DNA of 39,651 bases, taken from the sequence record PQ850620.1. The stretch is one strand, 5' to 3'. Of this stretch, positions 27,073-37,727 are shown in pieces. Below the pieces are notes generated by a model. That model saw only the letters and a program-made list of their open reading frames with translations. It made no database searches and was not told the origin of the DNA. The position numbers were made by a program, and so were the translations under genes. Position 1 is the first letter of the stretch. The number at the start of each line of letters is the position of its first letter. Origin of the DNA: Escherichia phage MeretOppenheim_Bas102.

Positions 27073-27230
27073 TGCTAAGGGTGGCCTCAACGGTCGCTGC
27101 TAGTCCCGAAGAGGTGAGTGTTACTTCAACAGAAGAAACCTTAACGCCAGCACAGAAGGCCGCACGCACCCGCGCTGCTAACAAAGCCCGAAAGGAAGCT
27201 GAGTTGGCTGCTGCCGCCGCTGAGCAATAA
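26035..27230 (+). CDS. 10: minor capsid protein 10B produced by -1 programmed frameshift near the end of 10A
   Basis: -1 frame remains open from the 10A terminus (GGTTTTC region near 27053-27059) to TAA at 27228-27230 just before Tphi; arrangement known in T7; exact shift site not determined here. Confidence 0.5.
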
Positions 27231-27278
27231 CTAGCATAACCCCTTGGGGCCTCTAAACGGGTCTTGAGGGGTTTTTTG
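27231..27278 (+). terminator. Tphi, T7 RNAP late terminator
   Basis: CTAGCATAACCCCTTGGGGCCTCTAAACGGGTCTTGAGGGGTTTTTTG: GC-rich hairpin plus U-run after gene 10. Confidence 0.88.
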
Positions 27279-27295
27279 CTTAAAGGAGGAACTAT

Positions 27296-27886
27296 ATGCG
27301 CTCATACGATATGAACGTTGAGACTGCCGCTGAGTTATCCGCTGTGAACGACATTCTGGCATCTATCGGAGAACCTCCGGTATCAACGCTGGAAGGTGAC
27401 TCTAACGCAGACGTAGCGAACGCTCGGCGTATTCTCAACAAGATTAACCGACAGATTCAGTCTCGTGGCTGGACGTTCAACATTGAGGAAGGCATAACGC
27501 TATTACCTGATGTTTACTCCAACCTGATTGTATACAGTGATGATTATTTGTCCTTAATGGCTACTTCCGGTCAATCCATCTACGTTAACCGAGGTGGCTA
27601 TGTGTATGACAGAACGAGCCAAACAGACCGCTTTGACTCTGGTATTACCGTGAACATTATTCGTCTCCGAGACTACGATGAGATGCCTGAGTGCTTCCGT
27701 TACTGGATTGTCACAAAGGCTTCCCGTCAGTTCAACAACCGATTCTTTGGGGCACCAGAAGTAGAGGGTGTACTCCAAGAAGAGGAAGATGAGGCTAGAC
27801 GTCTCTGCATGGAGTACGAAGTGGACTACGGTGGGTACAATATGCTGGATGGCGATGCGTTCACTTCTGGTCTACTGACTCGCTAA
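27296..27886 (+). CDS. 11: tail tubular protein A (gp11)
   Basis: 196-aa [65 protein letters not shown]... Confidence 0.95.
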   Translation: MRSYDMNVETAAELSAVNDILASIGEPPVSTLEGDSNADVANARRILNKINRQIQSRGWTFNIEEGITLLPDVYSNLIVYSDDYLSLMATSGQSIYVNRGGYVYDRTSQTDRFDSGITVNIIRLRDYDEMPECFRYWIVTKASRQFNNRFFGAPEVEGVLQEEEDEARRLCMEYEVDYGGYNMLDGDAFTSGLLTR

Positions 27887-27906
27887 TAGTAAATAAGGAG
27901 GCTCTA

Positions 27907-30294
27907 ATGGCACTCATTAGCCAATCAATCAAGAACTTGAAGGGTGGTATCAGCCAACAGCCTGACATCCTTCGTTATCCCGACCAAGGGTCACGCCAAG
28001 TTAACGGTTGGTCTTCGGAGACCGAGGGCCTCCAAAAGCGTCCACCTATGGTTTTCCTTAAGACACTTGGAGGTAGTGGCGACTTAGGACAAGCACCTTA
28101 CATTCACCTGATTAACCGTGATGAGAACGAGCAGTATTATGCTGTGTTCACTGGCACAGGAATCCGAGTGTTTGACCTTGCTGGTAACGAGAAACAGGTA
28201 CGATACCCTACAGATGGTTCCTCATACATCAACACTGCAAACCCAAGGAATGACTTGAGGATGGTCACTGTGGCCGACTATACGTTCATCGTTAACAGAA
28301 ACGTAAGGGTTACTCGTAACACCAATGCAGTAAACCTTGCAGGCTTTAACCCTAAGAAGGATGCGTTAATCAACGTTCGTGGTGGTCAGTATGGTAGGAC
28401 ACTACAGATTCAGATAAACGGTGGAACCCAAGCATCCTACCAGATTCCTGACGGCTCACAGCCAGCACATGTTAATAACACGGATGCTCAATGGCTCGCT
28501 GAGGAACTTGCGCGGCAACTTCGGGTAAATACTCCCGGATGGACATTTAACGTTGGACAGGGTTTCATCCACATTATTGCAGATGCTGCTGGTGAAATTA
28601 ACTCACTAGTCACTAAGGACGGATACGCTGACCAGTTGATTAATCCTGTTACTCACTACGCTCAGTCATTCTCTAAGTTGCCACCTAACGCTCCTGATGG
28701 GTACATGGTGAAAATAGTAGGGGATGCGTCTAAGTCTGCTGACCAGTATTACGTTCGCTATGACGCTACACGTAAAGTCTGGGTTGAAACATTAGGCTGG
28801 AATGTTAACAATCAGCTTCTGTACGAAACAATGCCTCACGCGTTGGTACGCGCTTCTGACGGTAACTTTGAGTTCAGGTGGATTGAGTGGAGTCCTAAAA
28901 CCTGTGGTGACGACGACACAAACCCGTGGCCTTCCTTCATGGACTCCACAATAAACGATGTGTTCTTCTTCCGTAACCGTTTGGGTTTCCTTAGTGGTGA
29001 AAATATCATCCTGAGTAGAACCGCTAAGTACTTCAACTTCTACCCAGCGTCAATCGCAAACTTGAGTGACGATGACCCTATCGACGTAGCTGTGAGTACC
29101 AACCGAATCGCAATCCTTAAGTACGCCGTTCCGTTCTCAGAGGAGTTACTCATCTGGTCCGACGAAGCACAGTTCGTTCTGACAGCTTCAGGAACCCTTA
29201 CATCAAAGTCAGTTGAGTTGAACCTAACGACCCAGTTTGATGTACAGGACCGAGCGAGACCTTATGGTATTGGGCGTAATGTCTACTTTGCTAGTCCGAG
29301 GTCCAGCTTCACGTCCATCCACAGGTACTACGCTGTGCAGGATGTAAGTTCCGTTAAGAACGCTGAGGACATCACAGCGCACGTTCCTAACTACATCCCA
29401 AATGGTGTGTTTAGTATTTGTGGAAGTGGTACGGAAAACTTCTGTTCGGTACTATCTCAAGGGGACCCAAGTAAAATCTTCATATACAAATTCCTGTACC
29501 TGAACGAAGAGTTAAGACAACAGTCGTGGTCCCATTGGGACTTTGGGGGAAACGTACAGGTTCTAGCGTGTCAGAGTATAAACTCAGATATGTATGTGAT
29601 TCTTCGCAATGAGTTCAATACGTTTCTAGCTAAAATCTCTTTCACTAAGAACGCCATTGACTTACGAGGTGAACCTTACCGTGCCTTTATGGACATGAAG
29701 ATTCGCTACACGATTCCGAGTGGAACATACAACGATGACACGTTCACTACCTCTATCCATATTCCAACCATTTATGGTGCAAACTTCGGGAGGGACAAAA
29801 TCACCGTATTGGAGCCTGATGGTAAGATAACCGTATGTGAGCAACCAACTGGTGGGTGGAATAGTGACCCTTGGCTGAGACTCAACGGTAACTTAGAGGG
29901 ACGTGAAGTGTTCATTGGGTTCAACATACACTTCGTCTATGAGTTCTCTAAGTTCCTCATCAAGCAAACTGCCGACGATGGGTCTACCTCCACGGAAGAC
30001 ATCGGTCGCTTACAGTTACGCAGAGCGTGGGTTAACTACGAGGAATCTGGTACGTTCGACATTTATGTTGAGAACCAATCGTCCAACTGGAAGTACACAA
30101 TGGCTGGTGCCCGCTTAGGCTCTAACGGTCTGAGGGCTGGGCGGTTGAACTTAGGGACCGGACAATACCGATTCCCTGTGGTGGGTAACGCTAAGTTCAA
30201 TACCGTATACATCGTGTCAGATGCGACTACCCCTCTGAACATCATTGGGTGTGGCTGGGAAGGTAACTACTTACGGAGAAGTTCCGGTATTTAA
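27907..30294 (+). CDS. 12: tail tubular protein B (gp12)
   Basis: 795-aa ORF MALISQSIKNLKGGISQQPDILRYPDQGSRQVNGWSSETEGLQKRPP... Confidence 0.96.
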   Translation: MALISQSIKNLKGGISQQPDILRYPDQGSRQVNGWSSETEGLQKRPPMVFLKTLGGSGDLGQAPYIHLINRDENEQYYAVFTGTGIRVFDLAGNEKQVRYPTDGSSYINTANPRNDLRMVTVADYTFIVNRNVRVTRNTNAVNLAGFNPKKDALINVRGGQYGRTLQIQINGGTQASYQIPDGSQPAHVNNTDAQWLAEELARQLRVNTPGWTFNVGQGFIHIIADAAGEINSLVTKDGYADQLINPVTHYAQSFSKLPPNAPDGYMVKIVGDASKSADQYYVRYDATRKVWVETLGWNVNNQLLYETMPHALVRASDGNFEFRWIEWSPKTCGDDDTNPWPSFMDSTINDVFFFRNRLGFLSGENIILSRTAKYFNFYPASIANLSDDDPIDVAVSTNRIAILKYAVPFSEELLIWSDEAQFVLTASGTLTSKSVELNLTTQFDVQDRARPYGIGRNVYFASPRSSFTSIHRYYAVQDVSSVKNAEDITAHVPNYIPNGVFSICGSGTENFCSVLSQGDPSKIFIYKFLYLNEELRQQSWSHWDFGGNVQVLACQSINSDMYVILRNEFNTFLAKISFTKNAIDLRGEPYRAFMDMKIRYTIPSGTYNDDTFTTSIHIPTIYGANFGRDKITVLEPDGKITVCEQPTGGWNSDPWLRLNGNLEGREVFIGFNIHFVYEFSKFLIKQTADDGSTSTEDIGRLQLRRAWVNYEESGTFDIYVENQSSNWKYTMAGARLGSNGLRAGRLNLGTGQYRFPVVGNAKFNTVYIVSDATTPLNIIGCGWEGNYLRRSSGI

Positions 30295-30324
30295 TTAAAT
30301 GTTCTCCCTGTGGTGGCTCGAAAT

Positions 30325-30347
30325 TAATACGACTCACTATAGGGAGA
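30325..30347 (+). promoter_or_regulatory. T7 RNAP promoter phi13
   Basis: exact consensus followed by AATACGACTAC partial repeat as in T7. Confidence 0.9.
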
Positions 30348-30374
30348 ACAATACGACTACGGGAGGGTTTTCTT

Positions 30375-30791
30375 ATGATGACTATAAGACCTACTAAAAG
30401 TACAGACTTTGAGGTATTCACTCCGGCTCACCATGACATTCTTGAAGCTAAGGCTGCTGGTATTGAGCCGAGTTTCCCTGATGCTTCCGAGTGTGTCACG
30501 TTGAGCCTCTATGGGTTCCCTCTAGCTATCGGTGGTAACTGTGGGGACCAGTGCTGGTTCGTTACGAGTGACCAAGTGTGGAGACTTAGTGGAAAGGCTA
30601 AGCGAGAGTTCCGTAAGTTAATCATGGAGTATCGTGATAAGATGCTTGAGAAGTATGATACTCTTTGGAATTACGTATGGGTAGGCAATACGTCCCACAT
30701 TCGTTTCCTCAAGACTATCGGTGCGGTATTCCATGAAGAGTACACACGAGATGGTCAATTTCAATTATTCACAATAACGAAAGGAGGGTAA
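30375..30791 (+). CDS. 13: internal virion protein A (gp13)
   Basis: 138-aa ORF MMTIRPTKSTDFEVFTPAHHDILEAKAAGIEPSFPDASECVTLSLYGFPLAIGGN... downstream of phi13. Confidence 0.9.
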   Translation: MMTIRPTKSTDFEVFTPAHHDILEAKAAGIEPSFPDASECVTLSLYGFPLAIGGNCGDQCWFVTSDQVWRLSGKAKREFRKLIMEYRDKMLEKYDTLWNYVWVGNTSHIRFLKTIGAVFHEEYTRDGQFQLFTITKGG

Positions 30792-30795
30792 TCAC

Positions 30796-31386
30796 ATGTG
30801 TTGGCCTGCCGCAATACCTATCGCATTGTCTGGTGTACAAGCTGTAAGTAATCAATACACTCAGTCCAAAATGATTGCCGCTCAGACCGCTGCTGGTCGT
30901 CGTCAAGCTATCGAACTTTTGAAGCAGACGAACATCCAGAATGCTGACCTATCGTTGCAAGCTCGAAGTAAACTTGAGGAAGCGTCCTCTGAGTTAACCT
31001 CACAGAACATGCAGAAGGTTCAAGCTATGGGGTCTATCCGAGCGGCTATCGGAGAGAGTATGCTTGAAGGTTCCTCAATGGACCGCATTAAGCGAGTCAC
31101 CGAAGGACAGTTCATTCGGGAAGCCAATATGGTAACTGAGAACTATCGCCGTGACTACCAAGCAATCTTCGCACAGCAACTTGGTGGCACTCAAAGTGCT
31201 GCAAGCCAGATTAGCGAAATCTATAAAGGTGAACAGAAACAGAAGAGTAAGCTACAGATGGTTCTGGACCCACTTGCTGCCATGGGGTCTTCTGCTGCGA
31301 GTGCTTACGCATCCGGCGCGTTCGACTCTAAGCCAACAACTAAGGCACCTATTGTTGCCGCGAAAGGAACCAAGACGGGGAGGTAA
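30796..31386 (+). CDS. 14: internal virion protein B (gp14)
   Basis: 196-aa ORF MCWPAAIPIALSGVQAVSNQYTQSKMIAAQTAAGRRQAIELLKQ... Confidence 0.92.
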   Translation: MCWPAAIPIALSGVQAVSNQYTQSKMIAAQTAAGRRQAIELLKQTNIQNADLSLQARSKLEEASSELTSQNMQKVQAMGSIRAAIGESMLEGSSMDRIKRVTEGQFIREANMVTENYRRDYQAIFAQQLGGTQSAASQISEIYKGEQKQKSKLQMVLDPLAAMGSSAASAYASGAFDSKPTTKAPIVAAKGTKTGR

Positions 31387-31392
31387 TGAACT

Positions 31393-33654
31393 ATGAGTAA
31401 AATTGAATCTGCCCTTCAAGCGGCACAGCCGGGACTCTCTCGGTTACGTAGTGGCGCTGGTGGTATGGGCTATCGTGCAGCAACCACTCAGGCTGAACAA
31501 CCACGGTCAAGCCTATTGGACACCATTGGTCGGTTCGCTAAGGCTGGTGCTGATATATATACCGCTAAGGAGCAACGAGCACGCGACCTAGCTGACGAAC
31601 GCTCTAACGAGATTATCCGTAAGCTGACACCTGAGCAACGCCGAGAGGCTCTCAACAACGGGACCCTTCTGTATCAGGATGACCCATACGCTATGGAAGC
31701 ACTCCGAGTCAAGACCGGACGTAACGCTGCGTACCTTGTGGACGATGACGTTATGCAGAAGGTCAAAGAGGGTCGCTTCCGTACTCGCGAAGAGATGGAA
31801 GAGTATCGTCATAGTCGACTTCAAGAGGGTGCTAAGGCATACGCTGAGCAGTTCGGGATTGACCCTGAGGACGTTGATTATCAGCGTGGGTTCAACGGGG
31901 ACATTACCGAGCGTAACATCTCGCTGTATGGCGCACACGATAACTTCTTGAGCCAGCAAGCTCAGAAGGGTGCCATCATGAACAGTCGAGTGGAACTAAA
32001 CGGAGTTCTTCAAGACCCTGATATGCTTCGCCGCCCAGACTCTGCGGACTTCTTTGAGAAGTACATCGACAATGGTCTGGTTACTGGGGCAATCCCGTCT
32101 GATGCTCAAGCCACACAGCTTATAAGTCAAGCGTTCAGTGACGCTTCTAGCCGTGCTGGTGGGGCTGACTTCCTGATGCGAGTCGGTGACAAGAAGGTAA
32201 CACTTAACGGTGCCACTACGACTTACCGAGAGTTGATGGGTGAAGAACAATGGAATGCCCTTATGGTGACAGCCCAGAGAGCACAATACGACAACGATGC
32301 GAAACTGAACGAGAAGTTTCAACTAGATGTCAACTCTGCGTTGTTCGTGGACGACCCTCGTGTTGGCTGGGAGAAGCTCCAAGGCATCAAGGCTGAGCTA
32401 GATAAATACCAGCCAGGCGAGCAAATGACCCCTCAACGCGCAACGCTTATAGAGGCACAGAAGCAACTCAGAGCCAAGATGGTAGAGTGGGCCAAGAACG
32501 AGGCAAAAGCACTTGATGAGGCTCAGAAGGCCGATAATAAGTTTAGGGTTATTGATGCTCAGTACCAGAAGCGAATCAATGGAGAGTGGGTCTCTACGGA
32601 CTTTAAGGACATGCCCACAAACGATAACACTGGGGAGTTCAAGCATAGCGATATTGTAAACTACGCTAACAAGAAGCTGGCTGACATAGACGCTATGGAC
32701 ATCCCCGATGGAGCCAAAGATAGACTCAAACTACAGTACCTGCAATCAGACTCTAAGGACGGACCTTTCAGGACTGCAATAGGAACGATGGTTCAGGATG
32801 CGGCTCAGGAGTGGTCTTCTTCTGTGATGAATGGTAAGTTAGCAGATAAGACTCCAGCGATGGATGCCTTACGCAGAATCCGCAACGCAGACCCATACCT
32901 CATAGCGTCGCTGTACCCTGAGCAAGCTGAGCTATTCTTGACCATGGACTTAGCTGACCGACAGGGTGTTGATGTACAGGAGTTGATTGATGCTGACCGT
33001 CAGATGGCCACACGTTCTAAGGAGCAACGATTCGAAGATGATAGAGCCTTTGAGCAAGCACTTAATGACTCTAAAGTTCCAGAGATAGCTAATATGCCGA
33101 CAGAACTAAGGGGACTTGCTCGTAAGATTTATGACTCGGTTAAGTATCGCACCAACAATGTTGATATGGCTATGACAGAGATGCAGAAGTTCCTCAAGGA
33201 GTCCACTACGACCTTTAATGATGGTAGCTCAGACAGTGAGGGAGTCATTGGGGTAATTCCGAGGAACTATCTGCAGGTAAACGATGACCCTAAATCTTGG
33301 AAGCAAGGTAAGGATATTATTGACGCTGCTCTTAAAGGAATCATAGCGGCTAACCCAAGTATGGCCTCTGAGAAGATGACCGTCTCGGTAATCGGGAAGT
33401 CTATCTACATCATGCCAACTACAGGGACTGGTCCACGGGTTCGTTATGACAAGGAGATGTTGTCCAAGGTCTGGAAGGAGACGCAAGAGCGTCTAGCATC
33501 GGAAGCCGTTGAGAAGGCCCGTGATAAAGCTATTAAAGATGCCAACAAGCGAGCACCTATAGTTGCCGCTACGAAGGCCCGTGAAGCTGCTGCTAAACGA
33601 GTCCGAGAGAAACGTAAACAAACTCCGAAGTTCATCTATGGACGCAAGGAGTAA
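31393..33654 (+). CDS. 15: internal virion (core) protein C (gp15)
   Basis: 753-aa ORF MSKIESALQAAQPGLSRLRSGAGGMGYRAATTQAEQPRSSLLDTIGRF... Confidence 0.93.
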   Translation: MSKIESALQAAQPGLSRLRSGAGGMGYRAATTQAEQPRSSLLDTIGRFAKAGADIYTAKEQRARDLADERSNEIIRKLTPEQRREALNNGTLLYQDDPYAMEALRVKTGRNAAYLVDDDVMQKVKEGRFRTREEMEEYRHSRLQEGAKAYAEQFGIDPEDVDYQRGFNGDITERNISLYGAHDNFLSQQAQKGAIMNSRVELNGVLQDPDMLRRPDSADFFEKYIDNGLVTGAIPSDAQATQLISQAFSDASSRAGGADFLMRVGDKKVTLNGATTTYRELMGEEQWNALMVTAQRAQYDNDAKLNEKFQLDVNSALFVDDPRVGWEKLQGIKAELDKYQPGEQMTPQRATLIEAQKQLRAKMVEWAKNEAKALDEAQKADNKFRVIDAQYQKRINGEWVSTDFKDMPTNDNTGEFKHSDIVNYANKKLADIDAMDIPDGAKDRLKLQYLQSDSKDGPFRTAIGTMVQDAAQEWSSSVMNGKLADKTPAMDALRRIRNADPYLIASLYPEQAELFLTMDLADRQGVDVQELIDADRQMATRSKEQRFEDDRAFEQALNDSKVPEIANMPTELRGLARKIYDSVKYRTNNVDMAMTEMQKFLKESTTTFNDGSSDSEGVIGVIPRNYLQVNDDPKSWKQGKDIIDAALKGIIAANPSMASEKMTVSVIGKSIYIMPTTGTGPRVRYDKEMLSKVWKETQERLASEAVEKARDKAIKDANKRAPIVAATKAREAAAKRVREKRKQTPKFIYGRKE

Positions 33655-33680
33655 CTAAAGGCTACATAAGGAGGCCCTAA

Positions 33681-36600
33681 ATGGATAAGTACGATAAGAA
33701 CGTACCAAGTGATTATGATGGTCTGTTCCAGAAGGCGGCTGATGCCAACGGGGTCTCGTATGACCTTTTACGTAAAGTCGCTTGGACAGAATCACGATTT
33801 GTACCTACAGCAAAATCTAAGACTGGACCATTAGGCATGATGCAGTTTACCAAGGCAACCGCTAAGGCACTTGGTCTGCGAGTTACCGATGGTCCAGACG
33901 ATGACAGACTGAATCCAGAGTTGGCTATTGATGCTGCTGCCAAGCACCTTGCTGGACTGGTGAGTAAATTCGATGGGGATGAACTCAAGGCTGCCCTTGC
34001 GTACAATCAAGGTGAGGGGCGCTTAGGGAATCCACAACTTGAGGCATACACAAAAGGTGACTTCTCTGCTATCTCCGAGGAGGGTCGTAACTACATGCGT
34101 AACCTCATGGATGTAGCTCGGTCGCCCATGATTGGTCAGTTGGAAGCGTTCGGTGGAATCACCCCAAAGGGTAAAGGCATCCCTTCTGATGTTGGTTTAG
34201 GAGACATTAAGGTCGAAGGGAAGCGTAAAGTAACAGATGCTATCCCAGAGTCAACTGGATTGGACATTAAAGGTATCGAACAGGAGGCTCCGGCGAAATC
34301 ATTCGCTACGGACTTTTGGGACCATCATAAACAGAAACCATCTGAGTATGACGACCGCTCAACATTCTTCGGATTCAAAGATGCTGCAAGTGCCGAAATT
34401 GACAACTCAGTCCTCGGCATGGCCTTCCGTGCTGGTCGCCTCGATAATAGTTTTGATGTGTTTAAGGATGTTATCACGCCTACGCGTTGGAACTCTACTA
34501 TCTGGACTCATGAGGAACTAGAGAGGATTAGAACAGAAGTTAAGAACCCAGCGTATCTCAATGTTGTTACAGGCGGTTCACCTGAGAACCTTGATGACCT
34601 AATTAGATTAGCCAACGAGAACTACGAGAATGACCTAAAGAAAGCTGACGCAGGTATCGGAGCACAACTTTCCGCTGGCGTTGTTGGTTCAGCATTCGAC
34701 CCACTATCGTATGTGCCGTTGGTTGGTGTAACTGGTAAGGGCTTTAAGTTAATCAATAAGGCTCTTGTGGTAGGTGCTGAGAGTGCAGCTATTAACATGG
34801 CCTCAGAAGGGTTGCGAACGTCTATAGTTGGTGGAGACGCTAATTATACTGGTGCGGTACTAGGTGGTCTTGTGTTTGGGGCAGGAATGTCTGCAATCAG
34901 TGACACTATAGCTGCTGGATTGAGACGTAGCAAACCTGAGGCTGAGTTTAACAACGAGTTCGTCGGACCGTTGATGCGTATGGAAGCCCGTGAGACTGCC
35001 TTTAACGCTAACTCTGTGGACATGTCTAAGATGAACACAGATAGCACCAAATTTGACCGAGAGTACAGCGGGGTTAACTATGCGCCATTGGACACAGAGC
35101 CGGGTGCAGTTGTCCTACCTCAAGGTCAAATCCTCAGTGACACTAACCCACTGAACCCACAGACACTAAGTGAGTTTGAGGCGATAAATCCTGAGCGTGC
35201 AGCCAGAGGTATCTCCTTAGGTGGGTTCACTGAGATTGGCCTTAAGACACTACGTTCTGAGAACACTGGAGTTCGCTCCATTGCGCGTGACCTAGTGCGC
35301 TCTCCAACTGGCATGGAATCAGGGTCTAATGGTAAGTTCGGCTCGACCGCTGATGATATTCATAGTAGGTTATCATCCAACGATAACCGAGATTGGAACC
35401 TATACTATGATAAGATGAAGGAAGTCATGAAAGACCCTGAGTTCACAGTAGGTGCGCCTAAGATGAGCAAAGCAGAGGCCGTTGAGTTCATTGACCGCAA
35501 AATTGGACTAGCAATAGAGCACCCTGAGTTACAGGTAAACTTGTCTCCTAAAGAGCTAGACCTGATGCGCCACGTTAAGGGCCACTATGACCTCAAGCGT
35601 GAACTCATGGAAAACCCTGCTGTGTTTGGTAATCCAAAGGCGGTTAATATCTTCCCCGACAGTCGCAACAAAGGTACATACATTCCGCGAGTGTATGACA
35701 CCCAATTGAAGAATTTTCATATTCAACGTTTGGGGAGTCGAGAGGCTTTCCAGAGGGCTATCGCTGAAAGCTCCCTTGCGTCATACTATCTGCGTCCAGC
35801 AGTTAAGGCACGTATCGACGAGCACCTGATGGAAGTCAATGGGCTTAAGTCAACTAAAGACGTAACACACGAAATGGTGCGAAAGCACGCTATGGACAAA
35901 GCATATGGTATCTCCCATACAGACCAGTTCTCGGCGTCTTCTATTGTTGATGAGAATATCACGGGGCTTGTTGGTATCGAGAACAATAACTTTCTGGAAG
36001 CACGTAACCTCTTTGACACCGATGTACCAATCACGTTACCGGATGGCTCTACGTTCTCCGTAGATGACATTCGAGTGTTCAGCCAGCGCATCCTTATGCC
36101 AGCGTATGACCGTCGTGTGAATGGTGATATTGCCATCATGGGTAGCTCTGGTAAAACTACCAAGGAACTCAAGGATGAAATTATGGCACTGAGTAAGCAG
36201 GCCGAAGGTAACGGGAAGTTGAAGGGCGAAGTAGAAGCTCTTAAGGATACCGTGAAGATTCTAACTGGTCGCGCCCGTCGCAGCCCAGAAGGTGCTTTAG
36301 GGACAGCTTTACGCTCTCTGAATGACCTGACGTTCTTCGCCAAGAACTTCTATATGCCTCTCCAGAACTTCACGGAGATTGGTGCTATGTTGATAAAAGG
36401 TAATGTCTCTGCGGTGACTCATGGAATACCTATGATTAACGACTGGGTTAACCGGAGGAAACCAATGCGAGCCTCTGAGATTAAAGAACTCCACAGTATG
36501 GTGTTCGGGAAGGAACTCGACCAGTTAATACGCCCTAGTCGTGAAGATCACATTCGCAGACTTAGGGAGTCTACAGACACCAACGCTGTGTTGGCTAATG

Positions 36601-37655
36601 TGGTTGGTACTCTTCGTTTCGGCACTCAGGAGTTAGCGGCTCGTTCCCCATGGACGGTAATGCTTAATGGAACAACAAACTACATTATCGACGCAGCCCG
36701 TCAGGGTGTGCTAGGGGATATTGCCAGCGCAGCACTATCAGGGACTGGTGCCAAGTTTGGTAAGGCAAATTATCTTAAGTCTGCCTCAATCAGTCCTGAG
36801 CATTGGAATGGTATCAAGCAATTATTTCGGGACCACACCACTCGTGATGCTAACGGTAAGTTCACAATCAAGGACAAAAGGGCGTTCACCTACGACCCAC
36901 GCACAATGGATTTGTGGAGACTTGCTGACAAAGTGGCTGGAGAGACAATCATGCGACCCCATAAGATTTCCTCTCAAGATTCGGTTGCGTATGGTGCTGG
37001 TGTAAAGATGGTAATGCAATTTAAGAACTTCGTTATTAAGTCGCTTAACGCCCGATTTGTCCGTAGCTTTTATGAGGCCACAAAGAACAACCGTGCGTTA
37101 GACCAAGCGTTAACTCACATTGTTTCCTGTGGGCTTGCTGGTGGCTACTTCGTTGGACAGGCGCACCTAAAGGCCGCTGCCTTACCTGAGGACAAACGTA
37201 AGGAGTACCTCAAGATGGCACTAGACCCGAAGATGATTGCTCATGCGTCTATCTCCCGTAGCTCACACTTAGGTTCGCCACTTAGCATCTACGATATGAT
37301 CGCTGGGGTGTTTGGTGATGATACCTATAAATACACACGCTCCACGATACTACCTAAGCAACCAGAGGAACGAGATCGCACAAAAGCGGTCACAGGTCGT
37401 CAGGTTACTGGTATGATTAGCGGTGCTTTAGGCGAGCAGATTCCCGCTTTGGGGTTCGCAGGGCAGGTTGGCGGTACGGCACTTAATGCTATATCGCTAC
37501 TGAAAGCGCCTAACAAGGCTACCGAGATGGAGTTCCGTACAGGGATGTTTAATACCATGCGTGAGATTGTTCCGAACGACCCTATCACGCAGCAACTCAT
37601 TATGAAAATTTATGAGGCAAATGGTATCCACATCAAGGAGACACCTAGGAAATAA
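33681..37655 (+). CDS. 16: internal virion (core) protein D with N-terminal lytic transglycosylase domain (gp16)
   Basis: 1324-aa ORF MDKYDKNVPSDYDGLFQKAADANGVSYDLLRKVAWTESRF... (SLT-like motif ESRF); stop TAA doubles as start of phi17. Confidence 0.95.
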   Translation: MDKYDKNVPSDYDGLFQKAADANGVSYDLLRKVAWTESRFVPTAKSKTGPLGMMQFTKATAKALGLRVTDGPDDDRLNPELAIDAAAKHLAGLVSKFDGDELKAALAYNQGEGRLGNPQLEAYTKGDFSAISEEGRNYMRNLMDVARSPMIGQLEAFGGITPKGKGIPSDVGLGDIKVEGKRKVTDAIPESTGLDIKGIEQEAPAKSFATDFWDHHKQKPSEYDDRSTFFGFKDAASAEIDNSVLGMAFRAGRLDNSFDVFKDVITPTRWNSTIWTHEELERIRTEVKNPAYLNVVTGGSPENLDDLIRLANENYENDLKKADAGIGAQLSAGVVGSAFDPLSYVPLVGVTGKGFKLINKALVVGAESAAINMASEGLRTSIVGGDANYTGAVLGGLVFGAGMSAISDTIAAGLRRSKPEAEFNNEFVGPLMRMEARETAFNANSVDMSKMNTDSTKFDREYSGVNYAPLDTEPGAVVLPQGQILSDTNPLNPQTLSEFEAINPERAARGISLGGFTEIGLKTLRSENTGVRSIARDLVRSPTGMESGSNGKFGSTADDIHSRLSSNDNRDWNLYYDKMKEVMKDPEFTVGAPKMSKAEAVEFIDRKIGLAIEHPELQVNLSPKELDLMRHVKGHYDLKRELMENPAVFGNPKAVNIFPDSRNKGTYIPRVYDTQLKNFHIQRLGSREAFQRAIAESSLASYYLRPAVKARIDEHLMEVNGLKSTKDVTHEMVRKHAMDKAYGISHTDQFSASSIVDENITGLVGIENNNFLEARNLFDTDVPITLPDGSTFSVDDIRVFSQRILMPAYDRRVNGDIAIMGSSGKTTKELKDEIMALSKQAEGNGKLKGEVEALKDTVKILTGRARRSPEGALGTALRSLNDLTFFAKNFYMPLQNFTEIGAMLIKGNVSAVTHGIPMINDWVNRRKPMRASEIKELHSMVFGKELDQLIRPSREDHIRRLRESTDTNAVLANVVGTLRFGTQELAARSPWTVMLNGTTNYIIDAARQGVLGDIASAALSGTGAKFGKANYLKSASISPEHWNGIKQLFRDHTTRDANGKFTIKDKRAFTYDPRTMDLWRLADKVAGETIMRPHKISSQDSVAYGAGVKMVMQFKNFVIKSLNARFVRSFYEATKNNRALDQALTHIVSCGLAGGYFVGQAHLKAAALPEDKRKEYLKMALDPKMIAHASISRSSHLGSPLSIYDMIAGVFGDDTYKYTRSTILPKQPEERDRTKAVTGRQVTGMISGALGEQIPALGFAGQVGGTALNAISLLKAPNKATEMEFRTGMFNTMREIVPNDPITQQLIMKIYEANGIHIKETPRK

Positions 37656-37675
37656 TACGACTCACTATGGGGAGA
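37653..37675 (+). promoter_or_regulatory. T7 RNAP promoter phi17 (variant at -1)
   Basis: TAATACGACTCACTATGGGGAGA: consensus except G instead of A at -1; first TAA is the gene 16 stop. Confidence 0.8.
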
Positions 37676-37727
37676 GGTGAAAGAATCTTCTCCCTGTAGT
37701 CTCTTAGATTTACTTTAAGGAGGTCAA

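Noticed and set aside
25952-27278. phi10 promoter, gene 10 leader/RBS and Tphi terminator look like a pET expression cassette, raising the possibility of vector contamination
   Set aside because: The cassette sits in its native genomic context between gene 9 and gene 11, encodes the authentic major capsid protein, and shows small natural differences from the vector-derived sequence as I recall it; this is the phage origin of those vector parts, not a vector.
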